Positions 41,896 through 64,000 of a stretch of DNA of 64,000 bases are shown in pieces; the stretch's first letter is position 1; each line of letters starts with the position of its first letter. Source of the DNA: Salpingoeca rosetta (Eukaryota; Protista; Choanoflagellata); contig JAWQFM010000001.1 of assembly GCA_033442325.1 (NCBI GenBank), positions 2,920,076 through 2,984,075 of the forward strand, read 5' to 3'. Position numbers and translations under genes: made by a program. The notes under the pieces are model-generated. The model worked only from the letters and a program-made list of their open reading frames with translations, had not been told where the DNA came from and searched no databases.

Positions 41896-44800
41896 TCATG
41901 CTGCCCCCACCGAGCGGTGTGAACTTCTGCTCGCCCTGCTCGTCCGGCCTGTGCGCTTTCCTGCGTCGTAATATCCACAGCGCTGCAACTCAAGCTCAAT
42001 GATGCGGTGCAACTGCTGGTATGTCAGCGTGTTTCGCGCCACAAACGCGTCAGACGTCAGCCGCGTCCCATCTTCCATGGACGGCACACGCACGAGAAAC
42101 GCCCCGTCGTCGCGATGCTGAACACCACCGCCATCACCACCGACATCACCAACACGGCTGCTGCTGGACGTCAGGTCCGCTCCGCCAGCCTCGCCTGTCC
42201 TTTCATTGGCATCGCTGGTTGCTGCTCCGCGTTGCAAACTGTTGTCCTGATCACTGCCGCCCCCGCCACCACCCTGCTCCACTGCTCCGCCACGAGCGCG
42301 CATGGGCGTTGGCGCAACGCGCTGTGCCGTCACGGGTGCAGTTGCAGTTGCAGCCGAGCCGACGTTCGCAGTCGCGCTCGGCGTGCCTGCAAGCACGTTG
42401 GCGCCCGATGAAGATGAAGAGGAGGAGAACAGGGCCTGTCGCTGCAGGCGCGAGAGGGCGCGAGCCGCCTCCGTGCTGCTGCGCATGGCAATCTCCCGTG
42501 CAACCCGCCCCGCCATGCCAAAGTCAATGTCGACGATGGTGCTTGGCACCGCGTGCTGCAACTTGTGCAGGTGGTCCTTCATTGCCGCGCTGCTCGTTGT
42601 TGGTCGGAACAGCACTTGCTGGAACCGCACAACAACGTGGCGGGCAGGGTTTGCTCGAGACTCCGGTGCCTGCATGCACACAAACATGACCTTCTTCAGT
42701 TGCGTCAGCAGCAGCACAATCGGGTCTGCAACGGGCTTGAGTTTGCTTGCAGGCAACCGGATGATGCCGGCTGCAGGCGCCGTGCTGCTGCTTGGCCGCC
42801 CACGCGCCGCACTTCGCACACGTGGCGTTGCGTTGCCAGAGGGCGACGGCGACACCTGCCGCCACGACGGTCGCGTCGATGTGCGCTGGCGCCCAGAGGG
42901 AGTGCGTCTTGATTGGTGCTGCTGCTGTTGTTGTCGCGTGCGTGAACCCTGTTCCTCAGACGTTGCGTCATGGGCAGGCAGCATGGCGCCAATCTCCGCC
43001 AAGCTGCCGAGCGGGCCGCTGCCACGGTCACCATCACCGTCACCATCAGTGCCATCACTGCGATCGCGTCTTCGCCCGTGCCGCCGCAGCCCCGCCCTCG
43101 CCCGCGGGTCCAGCAGCGCAGAGGTGGACGCGCTGTGCACAACGTGTCTGCTGCCGATGCGGTGCTGCCGCCGCCGTGACGCCTCAAATCGCGCCAGCCG
43201 CTGCGTTGCTGTGGGTGAGCCAAACACATCCTCCTCCAGCTCGCTGTCATCACCATCATCATCATCGCTGTTGTTGTTGTAACTATCATCACCCACTTTG
43301 CGTTGACTCGCCACTGCCTCATGTTGGTTGCCTGCTCTTTGCTCAGTCTCCACAGCGCCATCTGTGTCCGTTCGCCATAGCTGCTCGTGCACACCCGCTT
43401 CTCCGTCACGGGCGCCGTTGCGTTCACCTGCTGGTCCTGCGTTGGGATCAGTACCCCGCCCCGCAGCCCGAACCGCATTAAACGCGCTTGTTGAGTTCTG
43501 GCGAAACGCATTTCGATCATCACCGCCCCCACGTCCGCCCACCACCACCTCCTCCCCCTCCACGTCCTCCTCCTCCTCCTCTTCGGCTTGCTCGTCCTCG
43601 TCTGTGCGCTGCGATGCAGTGAGCAGCCTATCCATGGCCACCTTGGCCGCTTTGGCGTCGCGGCGAAACCGGCGCTTGAGGGTTCGCTCGCGCTCAATCA
43701 TCCTGTCCTTCACCTCCATTGTTCGCGCTAGAACATCAAGCTCCACCATGATGGCGGGGCCAATCGCCTGGCATACCTGGTGTGTGTGTATGAATGAGTG
43801 AGAGAGCGAGAGAGAGCGAGAGAGAGAGAGAGTGTGTGTGTGTGTGATTGTGAGAGAGGGAGAGCGATGGACAGAGAGAGAAAGAGAGAGAGAGTGTGTG
43901 TGCGTGTGTGGGTATGAGTGCAAGCTTGTGTCTTGGCTCCTCGAGGTGGGCTCACGTGTACACACGAGTTGATGTGTGCATGCGTGCGTGCGCACGTGTC
44001 ACAGCAAGAACAGCAACAAACACTGTCGTCGTCACCTCTGTGATGTCGGGTCTGAGGTCTGGGTCTGGTGTGAGACAGACAGAGACGGTTTCGCGCAGCA
44101 TCTCCGAGCGGGTGGAAGGGATCGGGTCGTATCTGAACAGTTGAGGGATGAGAGTCAGGGGGAATTAGGTGCAATTGGAAAGGGGAGGTGGTTGTGGAGG
44201 TGGCGGGGCACATGCAAGCACAGACACACAGGCATGGCACACAGACAAAACACCACGAACAGCCAAGCAAGCAATACAAACAGAACAAGACACGAAAAGA
44301 CAAGCAATACAAACGCACGTGCCCTCGACGATGCGTTTGGCGAGTGCGAGCATGTTGGTTGTGGCAAACGGGGGGCGGAGCGTTGCCAGTTGGTACAACA
44401 GACAGCCAAGCGCCCAGATGTCTGCCTTGTCGTTGTACTTCTGGTTGGTGACAATCTCAGGGCACGAGTACGACAGCGTGCCCACTGACGATTCCATCAG
44501 CGTGTTGCCCGTGTTGCGCTGGCGGGAGAGGCCAAAGTCGACAATCGTCACCTTGTCATACCAACCGAGCATGACGTTTGAGGGTGAGAGGTCCCGGTGC
44601 ACAACACGCTTTTCGCGGTGCATGTAGTGGATGCCGTTGCAAATCTGCACGAAGATGCGCCACACCCTCCGCTCGTCCATGGTCTGCTGCTTCTCCACAA
44701 GTGCGTTGAAGTGGTCCTGCAGTGACGCCCCCTCCACCATCTCCATCACAATGAACAGCGTGCTGGTCAGCACGAACGACGTCTCGTACTTCACCACGTT

Positions 44801-47502
44801 TGGGTGGCGCAGCCCGCCCTGCATGATCTTCACCTGTGGGTGTATGTGAGTGTAGTTGTGTGCGTGCGTGTATGTACGTGTGTGTATGTAAGTATGTGTG
44901 CATGAGTGTGTGTTTGAGTGTGGGTGTTTGTGTGTTTGTGTGCATGTGTGATGGGTGACAAGTGTGGGTAGGTGTCAGAGAACAGGAAAGGAGGAGAGGT
45001 TTGAAGGCGGTTTGAAGCACAGAGCTTCGCAAGCATGCATAGACACGCAAAGACACATACTTGTACGCACATGAGCACTCACGACACACACACACACACA
45101 ACACACAACACATAACACACAGCACACATGCACAACACGTACAACACACGCACGACACACACGCACACACGCACACACACGACACACACAAGCGAGCGCA
45201 CCTCATTCTCGATGCGTTGGATGGCCTTTGCCTGCTCCCCGTCCGTCTGGCCAAAGAGGGCAGGGTTACGCAATGGAATTTCCTTGACAGCGTACATGTG
45301 CTCCGTGTCAGCCCGCACGGCCCGGTACACGCAGCCAAATGAACCTTCCCCAAGCTTCTCCAGCAGGCCGTACTTGAGCACGTGCCTGCTCGGCTGCTTG
45401 TTGACGTTTGTGTCCTCAACCGCCCTTTCCAACCGCTGCACCGCTGTTGGCGTCATGCGATACAGGTGGCGGACAAGGCGCAGGTACACTTGCATGCCGG
45501 GCTTGTAGTGCCCGACGTCGATAAACCACGAGAAGAGGTCTGGCGGGAAGAGCCGCTTGAAGTAGCGGCGATTGCGCTCGGCGCTGAACAGAAACCGCAG
45601 CAGCCGCATGGCACAGCCTTGCTCCAGCAGCGTCTGAGTTGGTGGCCGGTACACGCGGCTGTTGCGACGCGGCGTGCCTGGTGGCGCACCAGTCGCTCGT
45701 GATGACTGCAACGCATGCCCAACCCCAGCAGTTGCGTTGTTGTTGTTGTTGTTGTTGTTGTCTGTGCTTGTTGCAGGGGTGGCGTCGTGGCCAGACTTGC
45801 CTCTGGTTGCTGTCGTGGGTCTGCTGGCTGCCTGGAGGCCAAGGATGCGGGCGGTTGCCGGCGTGACGGGGCGAGATGCGCCAGCAGCGGACGGCGAAGG
45901 CAGCGCACCCGACTTGTACGCTTCGACAACCGGGTGAACCAGCAGGCGAGAGGCAACGTAGATGACGTTGCACTCCTGCACCTGCACAGCACCAATCTCT
46001 TGCACACACAGCGCCGTCAGGGCAGACATGACTGCGCAGCGGAGCGCTGAGTGCTTGGCGGGGGACGCTAGGGCGATGGGCGGTGGCAGCGATGTGATGG
46101 TGGATGATGACACGGGGATGTGGAAGTCACCGCCTTCGCCAATGCTGTTGCCAACACCGCCACTGCCACTGCCTGCTGTATCTCTCACATCACCACCTTC
46201 AGCACCACCACCAGCATCGCCATCGTCACGCTCACCCGCGCTGTCAGCGCCACCCTGGTCACGTCCATCACCAAGCTCGTGCACGTAGTTTGCGAGGATC
46301 TTTGCCAGCTGCGGAATGAGCCCACTCAGCCGCACCTCGTCCTCAAAGTCTGCGCACAGCCTCTCGATGCAGCCGACAACGGCGAGCCTGACGTCCAAGT
46401 CAACCACCTGCAGCAGCTGCGTGAACAGGCGAAGCGCGTCGTACAAGACCATGTCCTTGCGTGCTGCTGCCTGGTCGGAGAGGGAGAGGAGGAGCCGCAG
46501 CAGTGCCAGCTGCTGCTCCCCCTGCGCGCGGTCCAGTGCCTGCAGGCACAAGGAGACGGCACTTGATGACGCCATCACCTCGCGTGTGGCGGCGGTGCCG
46601 GAGAGGGCAAGGGCAAGCAGGGCGTGTGCGGCGGACATGACGACATCACCGTCCGCATGCGCAAGCAGCGGCACCAGGGCGTGGTCCACACGCGCGTCCA
46701 TAAACGTCAGCACACTGTCGGGGTGCTTTGTCAGTCGCTGCACGGCTGCTGCCAGCTCCACGCATAGCCGCTGTTGCGCAACACGCGGGTTCCCCAGCAG
46801 CGATGCAGCCGTGGAGGACGTGCTGCCCCGCGATGTGTCATCATGGTCGCTTTGGTCGCCGCCATCTTCGCCGGCGTTGCTGTGGTTGGCGGACGAGAGA
46901 AGGTCGTTGTCTGCTTCCTCATCCCACAGCGCAGGGCTGCAGAAGTACAAGGCAAGGCTTGCTACCGCAGCACACAGGTCGGGGAATTTGGCCATGAGCA
47001 TTGCCACAAGCGCAGCGTCACGCAGCAAGAGCCGCAGCAGCAGGATGTACGGGTACCACACGGCGGCATCGGTGACCAGTACTTTGGGCTCGCCACCGTG
47101 GTGTGGAGGCGCAGCTGATCTTGCTGTGCCTAATGTTGTTGATGGTGTTGATGTTGTTGTTGCTGTGGTGGTGGTTGCTGATGCAGTGGTTGCTGTTGTC
47201 CCGCGCTCCTGATTTGGGTTGGTGCCATGGGCATGCTCCTCGGCGACCTGCTGTCGGCGTGATTGAAGGACGTCCTCTTCTTGCACGGCAAAGACGAGGA
47301 GGCGGTGCTCGCAGAGGGCGATGGAGAGCTCCTTGAAGTGTTCATCGTGGGTGAAGGCCCGTCGCCGAGGAATGGTCTTGCACAGCCCCAGGATCAGTGA
47401 GTGCTCTGCTGCCACGTCGACATGATGCACGCCATTCTGCGCAGTTCCAATGGGCTGGCGCAATCGCTGAGCAACCTGCGCTGCCGTCACCGCACTTCGC
47501 AT
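41896..47502 (-). CDS. NEK10: NIMA-related kinase 10 (ARM repeats + central kinase + conserved C-terminal blocks)
   Basis: LRFLFSAERNRRYFKRLFPPDLFSWFIDVGHY, GEGSFGCVY, HREKRVVHRDLSPSNVML, SSVGTLSYSCPEIV, KLKPVADPIVLLLTQLKK and LTYQQLHRIIELELQRCGYY; four exons. Confidence 0.93.
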
Positions 47503-54788
<7,286 letters not shown>

Positions 54789-55168
54789 AGAACGAGGAGG
54801 AATGAAGGAAGATGGGGAATGAAGGAAGAGGAGGAATGGTTTTTGAAGTGTAGCTGGGCGTGGCCAAGTGCGTTGGCGCATGTACAGCAAGGCAGCATCT
54901 GTTTCTATCGTTGAGAGCGAGTAACGCATTTTGCTTTCACTATGTGCGAGTGAGTGCATGTGTGTGTGAGTAAGTGAGTGAGTGTGTGTGTGTGTGTGCG
55001 TTTTTTTGACACGGGTGCGCTAGCGACTCAAGCTTCGTTACACTCGGTTCACTTGCTCTGTTTCCCAGCTCGTTGTTTGCTTTGCATTGCCTGTGTGGGC
55101 GTTTGTTGACAATTACACGTTATGCCACTTGATTGGAAGGTTATTCTGTCGTCCTGCTGTGATGTGTG

Positions 55169-63532
<8,364 letters not shown>

Positions 63533-63544
63533 CACAACGGCAGC

Positions 63545-63636
<92 letters not shown>

Positions 63637-64000
63637 CGTGCGTGCGTGTGTGTGTGTGCGTGTGCGTGTGTATGTGATATGCAACGTGGTACCGACGCAC
63701 CACGCCCATCTCACCCCTCTTGTTATGGGCTGCCACGAATAACTGACATGATACGAATATACGAACGACCTGCCATTGAGCGTGTTGGCATAGGTGTGTG
63801 TATGGGTGTGTCAAGGGTGCTGTTGAAACGCGCCGTCCGCTTGGAAAAGCGACGGCAGGAGACTGGACAGAGAACGGATAACACGCATGCAAGACGAAAG
63901 GGAGACATCGTACGAAAAAGGGAACAAACAAACAAAACACACAGAGGCAGCGCTGGGAAGCGACAGGATGTGATGTGCGAACGCGGAAACACAATCAGAG

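Noticed and set aside
42302-47212. Long antisense ORFs opposite NEK10 exons
   Set aside because: Expected shadow ORFs of GC-rich coding sequence.

Overview
Intron-rich, gene-dense eukaryotic DNA saturated with (CA/GT)n, (CAA/TTG)n, (GAT)n and related microsatellites, with four 100-N scaffold gaps. Gene content and repeat style suggest a choanoflagellate, probably Salpingoeca rosetta (inference). Almost all ORF-track entries are microsatellite translations (VCVC/HTHT). Splicing exons by eye gives about 14 genes: two hypothetical proteins, an F-box-less FBXO36-like protein, CDK8, a 2OG-Fe(II) oxygenase, a PH+PDZ protein with novel repeats, a YeeE/YedE sulfur transporter, LRRFIP-like, a GPI-type Cys-repeat surface protein, POLE2, Vps55/LEPROT, NEK10, LRRC74-like and ZRANB3. 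The most unusual signals are: (i) two unrelated non-repetitive, hairpin-rich inserts inside (TTG)n tracts, one with ATTAAA + poly(A) and one with a (CAA)11 tail and an apparent 23-bp target-site duplication, which are candidate microsatellite-targeting retroposons; and (ii) many introns with a 5' (GT)n tract and a complementary 3' (CA)n tract in place of a polypyrimidine tract. Homology calls rest on recalled motifs, not database searches. Exon boundaries are manual.
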